From: a virus
Lineage: Duplodnaviria > Heunggongvirae > Uroviricota > Caudoviricetes
Direction: 5' to 3' (one strand)
IMG/VR virus record: IMGVR_UViG_2740892229_000011
Length of the DNA: 64,000 nt
A model generated the notes under the pieces. That model was given only the letters and a program-made list of their open reading frames with translations. It was not told where the DNA came from and ran no database searches. Positions within the stretch are counted from its first letter, which is position 1. Every line of letters starts with the position of its first letter. The position numbers and the translations under genes were made by a program. Positions 53,393 through 62,136 of this stretch are shown here, piece by piece.

Positions 53393-53533
53393 TACTGCAC
53401 CAGTCGACAGGGGGCGAAAGCCCCCATTTTTACGCCTTTAATCTGCTGTAACGCCTATGAATACAGCTTTTATGCCTTTTCAAGTTTGCGATAATTACAC
53501 CAATCAGAAAACAAATTATTTAATGGTGTAATT

Positions 53534-55222
53534 ATGAATACAGCCCTTTCCATCATCGACGATGCCAGCTCAAACACGGCTATCGACTATCGTCAGGAAA
53601 TGAATGTCATCCACGAAATCGTGGCCGAGTGCGAGAAAGAGATCGCCTTCATGTATCAGGTACACGACTTCGTTTATGGCGACGAACGCCACAACATGAT
53701 TAATCGCCTGCTGAGACTAAACCATCGACCAGATGAAGATCGCTCGCGTTTAAATCGAGGTTGGTTGGATAAAGTCGATCTGGAATGGGTGAAACAGAAT
53801 ATTTGGGCCGAGTACTGGAGGAAGGTCACGGACATGACTAACGTTTTGCTGATCATGCCAGCTTCCCGTCGAGATGAGTGGCGCGAGCAGTTTATAGAGG
53901 GCAAACAGGAAGTCATCAAAACTGACAGAACCGGCTACCAGATGAAGGTTAAAGAGTTCGTTGGTGTACCGGAGTTCAAAGCAGAAACGGTCATACCCAC
54001 GATGCTTAATTTGCTGAATGACAGGCACAAATATCTCTCTGAGCGCGTGTATGGCTTGTTTAAGGCGCTGAGTCCTGCGCACAAGACAAATAAGACAAAC
54101 GGTTTCAGCGAGCGTCTGATAATCGCTGACTGCATTTCTGATTTCTGGCGGGACAGCGTTAGCGTGAACTATCGCAAAGAGGACTACATCGACGATCTGC
54201 GTGTCTTGCTTCATTTCTTCGCGCACAAAGAATTTATTACCATCAACCGCACTGCTGAGGTGCTATCAGCTGCGTATCGGGCAAACGACTGCCAGACCGG
54301 TGACTGGATGAACGTCGATGGAAATCTGATGCGCGTGAAGATGTTCAAGAACGGCAACGTTCACTTTGAAATACATCCTGACGTGGCCTGGAAGTTGAAT
54401 GAGGTGCTGGCTTACAGTATGCCTGCTGCAATCCCCGCGCCATGCCGAACTGCGCCAAAAACACGGGCACCAAAGCAGTTCGGGTTAATCCAGAAGACGA
54501 TCTCCATGCCGGTTCGCACTGCGCTTCGTGACGGGCGATTGAGCAAAGACAAAGGCGTATGGTACTTCTCTGATTCAGCTCTCCAGAAGTCGCAGGTGGA
54601 AGAGCTTGAGCGCACACTGAGCTTCATTGGCGGCGTGCAGGAGAAAAAGCACTGGCAGTTCCCGTATGAGATCGGCCATACGCTAAATACGATTGTGGCT
54701 ACCGGATTAATACCGGATACAAAATCACACCAGTTCTACCCTACCCCACGCTTGATTGCTGAGTACGTTGCCAGAGCCACTGAATTGAAGCCTGGTGAGA
54801 AGCTGCTGGAGCCTCAAGCCGGACGTGGGGATCTTCTGGCCTATATTAACGCCGATCTGGAAGATGTTACCTGTATAGAAATCGCACCTCTCTTCGCTGA
54901 TATCCTGCGTGGAAAAGGGTATACGAACACGATTTGCTGCGACTTCATAAAGTGGTCTGAGGACAACGCAGGTTATCAGTTCGACAAAATCGTTATGAAC
55001 CCGCCGTACTCGCTTGGTCGTCATAGAGAGCACACGATGGCTGCGCTGGGGCATCTGAAAGTCGGCGGGCGTCTTGTAGCAGTATTGCCGGGCACTGCAC
55101 CAATACTGGACTGGATGACGATGGATAATTACGTTTATGCCAGAGGGAAGTCGTTTACCAACGAGTTTGAAGACACAGGGATCACAGTCAGCGTATACGT
55201 TTTCAAACGCGTTAAAAGATAG
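53534..55222 (+). CDS. DNA methyltransferase (N6-adenine/N4-cytosine class) with large N-terminal domain of unknown function
   Basis: C-terminal SAM-MTase motifs LEPQAGRGDL (motif I) and IVMNPPYS (motif IV); about 380-aa N-terminal region without recognisable motifs. Confidence 0.65.
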   Translation: MNTALSIIDDASSNTAIDYRQEMNVIHEIVAECEKEIAFMYQVHDFVYGDERHNMINRLLRLNHRPDEDRSRLNRGWLDKVDLEWVKQNIWAEYWRKVTDMTNVLLIMPASRRDEWREQFIEGKQEVIKTDRTGYQMKVKEFVGVPEFKAETVIPTMLNLLNDRHKYLSERVYGLFKALSPAHKTNKTNGFSERLIIADCISDFWRDSVSVNYRKEDYIDDLRVLLHFFAHKEFITINRTAEVLSAAYRANDCQTGDWMNVDGNLMRVKMFKNGNVHFEIHPDVAWKLNEVLAYSMPAAIPAPCRTAPKTRAPKQFGLIQKTISMPVRTALRDGRLSKDKGVWYFSDSALQKSQVEELERTLSFIGGVQEKKHWQFPYEIGHTLNTIVATGLIPDTKSHQFYPTPRLIAEYVARATELKPGEKLLEPQAGRGDLLAYINADLEDVTCIEIAPLFADILRGKGYTNTICCDFIKWSEDNAGYQFDKIVMNPPYSLGRHREHTMAALGHLKVGGRLVAVLPGTAPILDWMTMDNYVYARGKSFTNEFEDTGITVSVYVFKRVKR

Positions 55223-55280
55223 GTAAATACTTACTTAATTTGTGTAAGAATGTAGTTACTAAACGATAAGAGAAAAACAC

Positions 55281-55985
55281 ATGAACAACCTCCAGTTAGA
55301 GCATTTTAACGTCACAGGCCATTCTGATTTTCCTTTCAAGTTTACATTGAAAGGTTATGCAGAGGATGCGGTAGGCCAGATCATTATTGATAAAGGCATC
55401 GTTAAGTTTGAGGGGAATTTTGATGAATCCGCGAAAACATTCATAGACTTCGTTGCCAAACGTTGGAGCGAGCAATGGAAAGACCTGGAAAAGCGCGCTA
55501 GTGAGTTTGATCGGTTCATGGATGCAATGGATACAGCAAAAGAGGCTCTTGCTGCCGGTACTCCGTTAGATCTGGAGTCACTTTTCAACGGCGAAGTGGC
55601 CTCTGCGATGTTCGCCACCATGTTCGCGGGTGAGTTCGTCCGCAGCGGTGCCAAAAACTACCTTGAGCTGGATTACAACGTCCCTGCAATTGGCGATTTC
55701 GTCGTTACCATCCAACGCAAAGAAGGTAAGACGCCAGGTGAACGCGTCGCAGAGCTTGAGGCCGTTGTGGATCAGCGTAACGGAGAGTGTGACCGTTTGG
55801 TCAACGAGCTTCATGCACTTCGGGAAGAAAGAATATGTGCGGGTAGCAATACACGTAATGCAGCGGATATCTACTTCCAGTTAGTTGAGGAATGCCAGAT
55901 TCCACCAGGTGGCTCTCTTGTCGATTACGTCAGACATTTAATGGCGGAAGTTAACTCCAGCCATAAAGATGGTGAGGTGCGCTGA
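55281..55985 (+). CDS. hypothetical protein
   Basis: 234-aa ORF with conserved TIR; stop overlaps the next start. Confidence 0.5.
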   Translation: MNNLQLEHFNVTGHSDFPFKFTLKGYAEDAVGQIIIDKGIVKFEGNFDESAKTFIDFVAKRWSEQWKDLEKRASEFDRFMDAMDTAKEALAAGTPLDLESLFNGEVASAMFATMFAGEFVRSGAKNYLELDYNVPAIGDFVVTIQRKEGKTPGERVAELEAVVDQRNGECDRLVNELHALREERICAGSNTRNAADIYFQLVEECQIPPGGSLVDYVRHLMAEVNSSHKDGEVR

Positions 55986-56365
55986 TGTTCGGCATTGACG
56001 CACAGCGTATAGCCGCTTTTGCAAAAAGCCCTCTTGATAATCCCTTGTCTCGTAGTGAGCAAATGGAGCTGGCAAGGCTTTTTCTTCACATTCAAAAACA
56101 GGCAGACATTTTCAATAACATGCCTAATCAACCTATTCTGGATGGTCACATCCAGATGGTCATTAACAGTCATGAGAAAGGCTGGGCTGCAATCGTCCCC
56201 TGCACAATTACATACAAGTTGGCGAAAGAGGTTCAAGAGTTTCGAAAAGCCAGTGTCGAATCGGAGTCTACCAAAGCCGCAATAAACACTCTTATTCGCA
56301 TGGGGTTCACATGGACCGGTGGAGCCTACTGGCAAGCACCTCACCCCATTTTATCCGGCAATTAG
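55985..56365 (+). CDS. hypothetical protein
   Basis: 126-aa ORF translationally coupled to the upstream gene. Confidence 0.45.
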   Translation: MFGIDAQRIAAFAKSPLDNPLSRSEQMELARLFLHIQKQADIFNNMPNQPILDGHIQMVINSHEKGWAAIVPCTITYKLAKEVQEFRKASVESESTKAAINTLIRMGFTWTGGAYWQAPHPILSGN

Positions 56366-56484
56366 ACGCTACAAATCCTTCGGCATGAATAAATAAAGGC
56401 CATAAGTTGTGGCCTTAAATAAATTGTTTTCTACATTTTCTTATTTGTGAAAATAACCACAACTAGAAAACAACGGAGTTAAGA

Positions 56485-57126
56485 ATGTCTAGTATTTCCG
56501 AAGCTCATATGTTCGCCGCTGGCGCTCATGGTGGCGTTGGTCAGAAAAGAAAATATACCGGCGAAGACTACATCAACCACCCGGTTGCTGTCCGAGAGAT
56601 TGTTGCATTGCATGACGGAACCGTGGAGATGCAAATCGCGGCGCTTCTGCATGATGTGGTCGAAGACACCCATGTAACCATAGAGATGGTTCGTGATCAC
56701 TTCGGTGAGCGCGTAGCTGAAATGGTTCAGGCTCTGACCAACATTGCAAGGCCAGAAGACGGCAATCGAATACAGCGTTTCATCATCAATGTCCGGGAGC
56801 TGGAGCAAAATCTCGACATGCAGACGCGCATGATCAAGCTGGCTGACCTGCTCGACAATACCTCTTCTATCGTGAGTCGCGATCCCGAGTTTTCAGCTGT
56901 CTACCTCGCAGAGAAAGAACTGATGCTGGACGTACTCTTTCACGGCAAAGAGATTGGTGCCAACGCTGATGTTGTCGAGTACATGGAGAGGATAGGTATA
57001 GAACACCCGTTGCTATTAAGCGCAATGGCGAAAGTCACTGAAGGTATTGCGCTTCTGAAACCGGTACACATCAAACGTTATGAAAAACACAAATCGCTGA
57101 TCTGGAGCGCGTTGGAGGCTGCATGA
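56485..57126 (+). CDS. HD-domain hydrolase of the RelA/SpoT type (putative small alarmone (p)ppGpp hydrolase)
   Basis: AHGGVGQKRKYTGEDYINHPVAVREIVAL...ALLHDVVEDT, close to the SpoT/RelA hydrolase HD motif; 213 aa with no synthetase domain. Confidence 0.65.
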   Translation: MSSISEAHMFAAGAHGGVGQKRKYTGEDYINHPVAVREIVALHDGTVEMQIAALLHDVVEDTHVTIEMVRDHFGERVAEMVQALTNIARPEDGNRIQRFIINVRELEQNLDMQTRMIKLADLLDNTSSIVSRDPEFSAVYLAEKELMLDVLFHGKEIGANADVVEYMERIGIEHPLLLSAMAKVTEGIALLKPVHIKRYEKHKSLIWSALEAA

Positions 57127-57665
57127 AGGTCGAAAAAATAGATGTTCTTTCCTTTGTGCTGACGGATCTGGAACGCCTCGATCCGGTTCGAGTGATGATT
57201 GAAAACTACGAACCTGGTAAGGGAAGAATCACCATCATCTGCTACGGAAAAGCGTGGACTGCGGCTTGGTTTGCTATGGGCGGTGATGATGTGCAGACGT
57301 TCATTAAGCGGGTCAGCAACGAGTATCTAATCGGCTATTTCGACTCTCAACTGCGAAGCACGGTCGACGATGACAACGATGCAAATCTGCTTTTCGTGAA
57401 GTCAGAAATCATAAAGTTACGAAGAGAGAGAGAAATCGACGCCGTACTGGCTCGTGAAATGTGGGACGAGGCGGAAAACGCCGATGACGTAAAAGAAAGC
57501 TGCTGTTGTTTCGGCGTCGGTAACAAACTGCTGAATCTCTTTGGTGATGATCCGTGGTATGCCGACTGGCCAACGGTACCAAACCCGAAATACCAGTATC
57601 TGGAACGCATTGTGAACGCGGTACGTGAAGGGCTGAAAGAGTTAGATAAGTTAGAGGCATCGTAA
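57123..57665 (+). CDS. hypothetical protein
   Basis: 180-aa ORF; ATGA overlap with the upstream gene. Confidence 0.45.
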   Translation: MKVEKIDVLSFVLTDLERLDPVRVMIENYEPGKGRITIICYGKAWTAAWFAMGGDDVQTFIKRVSNEYLIGYFDSQLRSTVDDDNDANLLFVKSEIIKLRREREIDAVLAREMWDEAENADDVKESCCCFGVGNKLLNLFGDDPWYADWPTVPNPKYQYLERIVNAVREGLKELDKLEAS

Positions 57666-58165
57666 TGAGAGAGAAAATCAAGAACCCGGTCGTCGTATTG
57701 TATAAACGGGAAACCAGCGATTCTTATGCGGTATCCATCACTGATGGAAGCCAGAACATGCACGATGGTCTGCTAATGGCCTCCGTATCTCCTGATGATT
57801 CTGACTACCCTTTCGCCACTTTCGCTATGGTTGGTTACTACATGGCTGCCGAAATTGAGAAGTTGCGAGCGCAGAGAGACGCATTAGCGGCGGAGAATGC
57901 AGCCCTGAAAGAATCTGAGCGAGCATTCGATGCGATGTGTGCCGAGGAACACGGAGATAATTGGGTTAGCGAATTAACGGAGACTCCAGCCACCGATGCT
58001 TTTCTGGCTGAAGTACGTGCGCAGGGCGTGGATATGGCTCGTAACGCGATGATTGATTTTGTTGATGGTGAAGTTGGGCCAAACAAGAACGTTCCGGGGC
58101 TGATTAGAGGCGCAGAGATATGCGTAAGTATTGCTGAACAGCTTCGTAAAGGAGTCATCCAGTGA
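57665..58165 (+). CDS. hypothetical protein
   Basis: 166-aa ORF; overlapping start/stop. Confidence 0.45.
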   Translation: MREKIKNPVVVLYKRETSDSYAVSITDGSQNMHDGLLMASVSPDDSDYPFATFAMVGYYMAAEIEKLRAQRDALAAENAALKESERAFDAMCAEEHGDNWVSELTETPATDAFLAEVRAQGVDMARNAMIDFVDGEVGPNKNVPGLIRGAEICVSIAEQLRKGVIQ

Positions 58166-58563
58166 GCAAGATTGACTATCAGGCACTGCGTGAGGCGGCA
58201 GAGCGTGCAATTCCGGCAATGGAACGCCTGTTAATGTTGCCAGTTGATGATGATCTGATAAGCGAACAGGAACTTAAAGATAGCGGTGTTGATATTGATG
58301 CCCTCAACGCCTTCAAATTTCTGGCCGGACCAGAAACCGTGCTGGCACTACTGGATGAGATCAACGCATTAGAGGAAACGCGTATCAACGATGTTTGCCG
58401 TATTGCGGAACTAACAAAACAACTGGAGTTGGCAAAATCAAAACTCAACGAGCAGCGTGAGCATTACGAGAGCGTTATCTCGGATGGAAGTAAGCGCATA
58501 GCCGCTCTTCTTCGCAAGGACAATCTTGCCAGCGCCACGAACATTGAAGGTGAAAGAAAATGA
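58162..58563 (+). CDS. hypothetical coiled-coil protein
   Basis: 133 aa; GTG start with SD AAGGAG. Confidence 0.45.
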   Translation: MSKIDYQALREAAERAIPAMERLLMLPVDDDLISEQELKDSGVDIDALNAFKFLAGPETVLALLDEINALEETRINDVCRIAELTKQLELAKSKLNEQREHYESVISDGSKRIAALLRKDNLASATNIEGERK

Positions 58564-58883
58564 CCACATCGCACTCTGCTATTACCCAAGAAAAAGCCTT
58601 CAACATACTCGAACGACTAGAGACGCTCGCTACGGAGGAGGATATATCCCCGGAGAAACTGGTTGAGTTCAGCCGTGTGATATTGCGTCGCAAGAACGAT
58701 ATGGAGCGGCTGACATCTGGCGCTCCATCCTTATCAGTCAGGCGAACACTTTGTTGCAGCTTCTGCAACAAATCCCAGTACGCCGTCAAAAAGTTAATTG
58801 CTGGGGACGCCGTTTTCATCTGCGACGAGTGTGTGGATGTGTGCAACAGAATTATCCGGGGAGAGAAAGAGGGATCAGCATGA
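58560..58883 (+). CDS. ClpX-type zinc-binding domain (C4 zinc finger) protein lacking any AAA+ module
   Basis: [36 protein letters not shown] is near-identical in pattern to the ClpX N-terminal ZBD ([34 protein letters not shown]); only 107 aa. Confidence 0.65.
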   Translation: MTTSHSAITQEKAFNILERLETLATEEDISPEKLVEFSRVILRRKNDMERLTSGAPSLSVRRTLCCSFCNKSQYAVKKLIAGDAVFICDECVDVCNRIIRGEKEGSA

Positions 58884-59410
58884 AATTTTCCAAATTTTCT
58901 GAGTTGGTGAATCGTATTTTGTCCAACAACCACAGCCATCGTCGCGATATGGATGTAACGATCGTTGTTCATTCGCCTGGTCGCATCGGTTCAACACCAT
59001 CAGTTGAGGTTCAGTCAATTCAGGCTGGTTTTGATTGGGATTCCGGGAAAGTGATGATTTTTCCAGCACAGCCACTGACCACGCTAACACCAGAGCAGGT
59101 TGCTGATATCACTGATAGTGTGCGCAAAGGTCAGTCTTGGCACGCGTATCAGGAATACAAGAAGCATAAAGAGCAGTTGGAAAAATTGTCGATGGAGTTG
59201 GAAGCCGCTAAACAGCGGGAAAAAGATCTGTTTATGGAAAATGTTCGACTTAAGTCAGGTATAGCCGGTCTGATACACCTCGGTATTCGATATGCGGATG
59301 TTGAGGTCATGAAAATTGCTGGAGATGCCCAGCTTTCTACTCCATGCACTGACAGCATCATAAACAGCATTGCAGCAGGCATTTTCACCAAAGAGGGGGC
59401 AGCACGATGA
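58880..59410 (+). CDS. hypothetical protein
   Basis: Start at ATG with SD AGAGGGA (track ORF begins 58751); overlaps the upstream stop. Confidence 0.45.
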   Translation: MKFSKFSELVNRILSNNHSHRRDMDVTIVVHSPGRIGSTPSVEVQSIQAGFDWDSGKVMIFPAQPLTTLTPEQVADITDSVRKGQSWHAYQEYKKHKEQLEKLSMELEAAKQREKDLFMENVRLKSGIAGLIHLGIRYADVEVMKIAGDAQLSTPCTDSIINSIAAGIFTKEGAAR

Positions 59411-59592
59411 GAACACTAGAGGTTCGCGCTGAAGACGTAATCCCTGGTGATGTGCTCATAACATCTAAAGGTCAACAATGTGCGGTTAAATCTTTTTGGA
59501 TGGAAAATGACAAAGTGACTCTGTTCGGTACGGATGGTTCCGAAACTGATTATGACTACGACGAATTGCTTGTTGTTGAGAGAGCTGCCTAA
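59407..59592 (+). CDS. hypothetical small protein
   Basis: 61-aa ORF, translationally coupled. Confidence 0.35.
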   Translation: MRTLEVRAEDVIPGDVLITSKGQQCAVKSFWMENDKVTLFGTDGSETDYDYDELLVVERAA

Positions 59593-60245
59593 TGACCACC
59601 GTTAACAATAAGAAATGCTACCCAAGCGAGAAATATCTTAATGAGCTGATCACCAACATTGAGTTTGCTGCAAGGGCACCAGTTGAAGTCGTGAGAGCGA
59701 TTGCAGCAGAGCTACAGAAGCACCGTAAGGCCTATGCCAATACAGCCGCATCTAAGGATGGTTGGATAAGCTGTAGTGAGCGAATGCCTGTAATTGGCGA
59801 GCTAAATTGGAGAACTAGTTTTCCTTTACTGGTTACGTGTGAGATCGGCGTTATACCTGCTTATTACGGCTTTGTGAGCGTTAATGGTGATAGGCATTAT
59901 GGCTTTATGGAGAGTCTTAAATACGGAGACGATAACGGCAACCATCCTCAAACTAATGAATATGGTCTGATTAGCAATGTCACACACTGGATGCAACTAC
60001 CAGAACGCCGCAGGAGTCGAACAGTGAATAATGCAGAGTTATTTCAGAAAATATCGGCTCTCGCGACTGAATGCCACGCTATAGCATCTGAGCTTGATGT
60101 TGGCGATGAACGAACCGAGATGTTCGAAATATACAGTGTGCTGCGCAATCTCTGTCGGCGTGGCTACGCCACTCAAGTAGGGCGAATGACTAACCCACTA
60201 CTCTCATCCTGTGATGAGGATGACTCGGATGAGGATGACGAATGA
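59592..60245 (+). CDS. hypothetical phage protein (DUF551-like suspected)
   Basis: GWISCSERMP motif reminiscent of the DUF551 phage family; acidic C-terminal tail. Confidence 0.35.
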   Translation: MTTVNNKKCYPSEKYLNELITNIEFAARAPVEVVRAIAAELQKHRKAYANTAASKDGWISCSERMPVIGELNWRTSFPLLVTCEIGVIPAYYGFVSVNGDRHYGFMESLKYGDDNGNHPQTNEYGLISNVTHWMQLPERRRSRTVNNAELFQKISALATECHAIASELDVGDERTEMFEIYSVLRNLCRRGYATQVGRMTNPLLSSCDEDDSDEDDE

Positions 60246-60913
60246 TGCATAAATCAGTAGCCGGTGAGTTTCAGAAGGAAGTCGATAATACCACTGATCT
60301 ATTGGACGATATTTTAAGCATTCTCGCGCTGCTTGAGGCTGGCGATTGGTCAGAACATTGCACTAAAACGGAGTTAGGCGGTCGGCTTGAAAGAGAGATT
60401 ACACGACTTATTGGTGATGCGCAGGAAGCTACAGTCACTAGTTATGAGTTAATCGCTGAAGCCTGGCGTTTGATGGATGGACAAGATCCTAAAACCAGCG
60501 ATTGGCATAGCAAGGCTTCGAAGTATTTAAATTCCGATAGGGTAGAAAAAGTTGATGATGTGAAACCGAAGCCAGTAGATCACGGTTTCCGCGATAACTG
60601 CGAATGCTCTAGTTGCCAGACCACGGCCCGTATTTGTTCCGAATTGACAGATAAGTCCAGCCTAATCTACGAAGTTAATGTAGGCGGTAATACATGGGTC
60701 GAATGCACAAGAGCTGCATACGTAAGAGCAAAAGACAAGGGTGAATTAACCAGAGTTGTTGCCCATCACCCAAATAATGAGCTTAAAGATCACCAGATTA
60801 GAGAACTGGTGAATGAGTTGCGGGATATTGCGGTTCAGTACCACGGAACGCAGCAATTGCGGGAGAAAATTGCCAGAGCAGTGAACAACTCAATTAGATC
60901 AGAAAGTATGTAG
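60242..60913 (+). CDS. hypothetical protein
   Basis: 223-aa ORF; last gene of the coupled string; followed by a hairpin ggccccatttggatggggcc. Confidence 0.45.
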   Translation: MMHKSVAGEFQKEVDNTTDLLDDILSILALLEAGDWSEHCTKTELGGRLEREITRLIGDAQEATVTSYELIAEAWRLMDGQDPKTSDWHSKASKYLNSDRVEKVDDVKPKPVDHGFRDNCECSSCQTTARICSELTDKSSLIYEVNVGGNTWVECTRAAYVRAKDKGELTRVVAHHPNNELKDHQIRELVNELRDIAVQYHGTQQLREKIARAVNNSIRSESM

Positions 60914-61673
60914 TCAATACAATAAAATGGCCCCATTTGGATGGGGCCGGTAACAACTAGCATTATGGGCGCTGGTTGACGTACTCAATGATCGCTTCGA
61001 TGATTGCGAACATAGGCGGCACGATTTTGAAAAGTAAGTTAAGCACTATAGGCCTCACTTAGTTTTATCGCACCTAGCTGCAAATACCTTTGAGCTTGCC
61101 TTTGCAGTTGCAATATCTGTAGTCGCCAGATACTTACGGCACGATTTCGAGTTAAGGTAAGGTTTTAGAGTCACCAAAAACCTGGACTTAAATCTTCTTT
61201 GAGAACAACGATGTTTGGTAAATGGTCATTATTACCTAGCATGACGGCTCAACGTTTCTTGATGAATCCAGTACATTCGGTTAATCTTAGCTCAGTCGCC
61301 AGATACTTATGGCTCAGGAACAGAGGCGCAAACTCTGTTTCCTTTTAAAAAGCCCAGCCTAGTCAACTGGGCTTTTTTAATGTCCGTTTTTAACCAAATG
61401 TACCCACAATACCGCAACATCAGTGTCTTGCGAATTAAGATAGGATTTATAGAGACTATGTGCAAGTGCATAACTTTGTGGATAACTCGTAAAGGAAAAA
61501 GTGGTTTCCGCGGACATTAGTTCAGACAAGGAGTCTGGGAAAGTCAATGGGAAGTAAAAATTTGTTAAAAATAACGTTTGTTGGAATTGTATATATTTAT
61601 GCCTTTCAATAGTTAGCATCTTATTAACATCTTTTTTAAGAGATAGAGTTCAAAAATATATAGCTTCAACATA

Positions 61674-61693
61674 TACTGTATGCATATACAGTA
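61674..61693. promoter_or_regulatory. LexA (SOS) box
   Basis: TACTGTATGCATATACAGTA, a near-perfect match to the consensus TACTGT-N8-ACAGTA; 16 bp upstream of the UmuD'-like ATG. Confidence 0.7.
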
Positions 61694-61709
61694 TTAAGAG
61701 GCGAGTATT

Positions 61710-62099
61710 ATGGGCTTCCCTTCTCCTGCGGCGGATTATGCTGAGAGCCGTATTTCTCTTGATCAGCAGATAATTAGACATCCTTCAGCGACCTACTTCA
61801 TGAGGGCGGCTGATAGTCATCATCGTGAGGGAATATTGCAGGGTGCATTGCTGGTGGTCGATTCCTCACTGACTCCTGTTGATGGATCTCTTCTTGTATG
61901 TGCTCTGGATGGGGAATATCGCGTAAAAAGATACCGGAAGTATCCACGTCAACATCTGGAGGATTTAAGAACTGGTAAGAAGGAAGCATTGCCAAAGGAT
62001 GATGATGGATGCACGGGCAGCAATGCCGTGTTTGGTGTGATCACTCACATTATCAACGACGCAAGAAGTGGCGAGTTTGATGATTGTCCTGTGATGTAG
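61710..62099 (+). CDS. UmuD'-like (HumD-like) S24-family protein encoded directly in the processed form
   Basis: Begins M-GFPSPAADYAE, i.e. at the position equivalent to the UmuD Cys24/Gly25 cleavage site; in-frame stop 15 nt upstream prevents any N-terminal extension; Ser and Lys catalytic positions present; no umuC-like gene follows. Confidence 0.75.
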   Translation: MGFPSPAADYAESRISLDQQIIRHPSATYFMRAADSHHREGILQGALLVVDSSLTPVDGSLLVCALDGEYRVKRYRKYPRQHLEDLRTGKKEALPKDDDGCTGSNAVFGVITHIINDARSGEFDDCPVM

Positions 62100-62136
62100 G
62101 AGAACTGTTTAGGTGGTGCATTGCACCACCTTTTTA

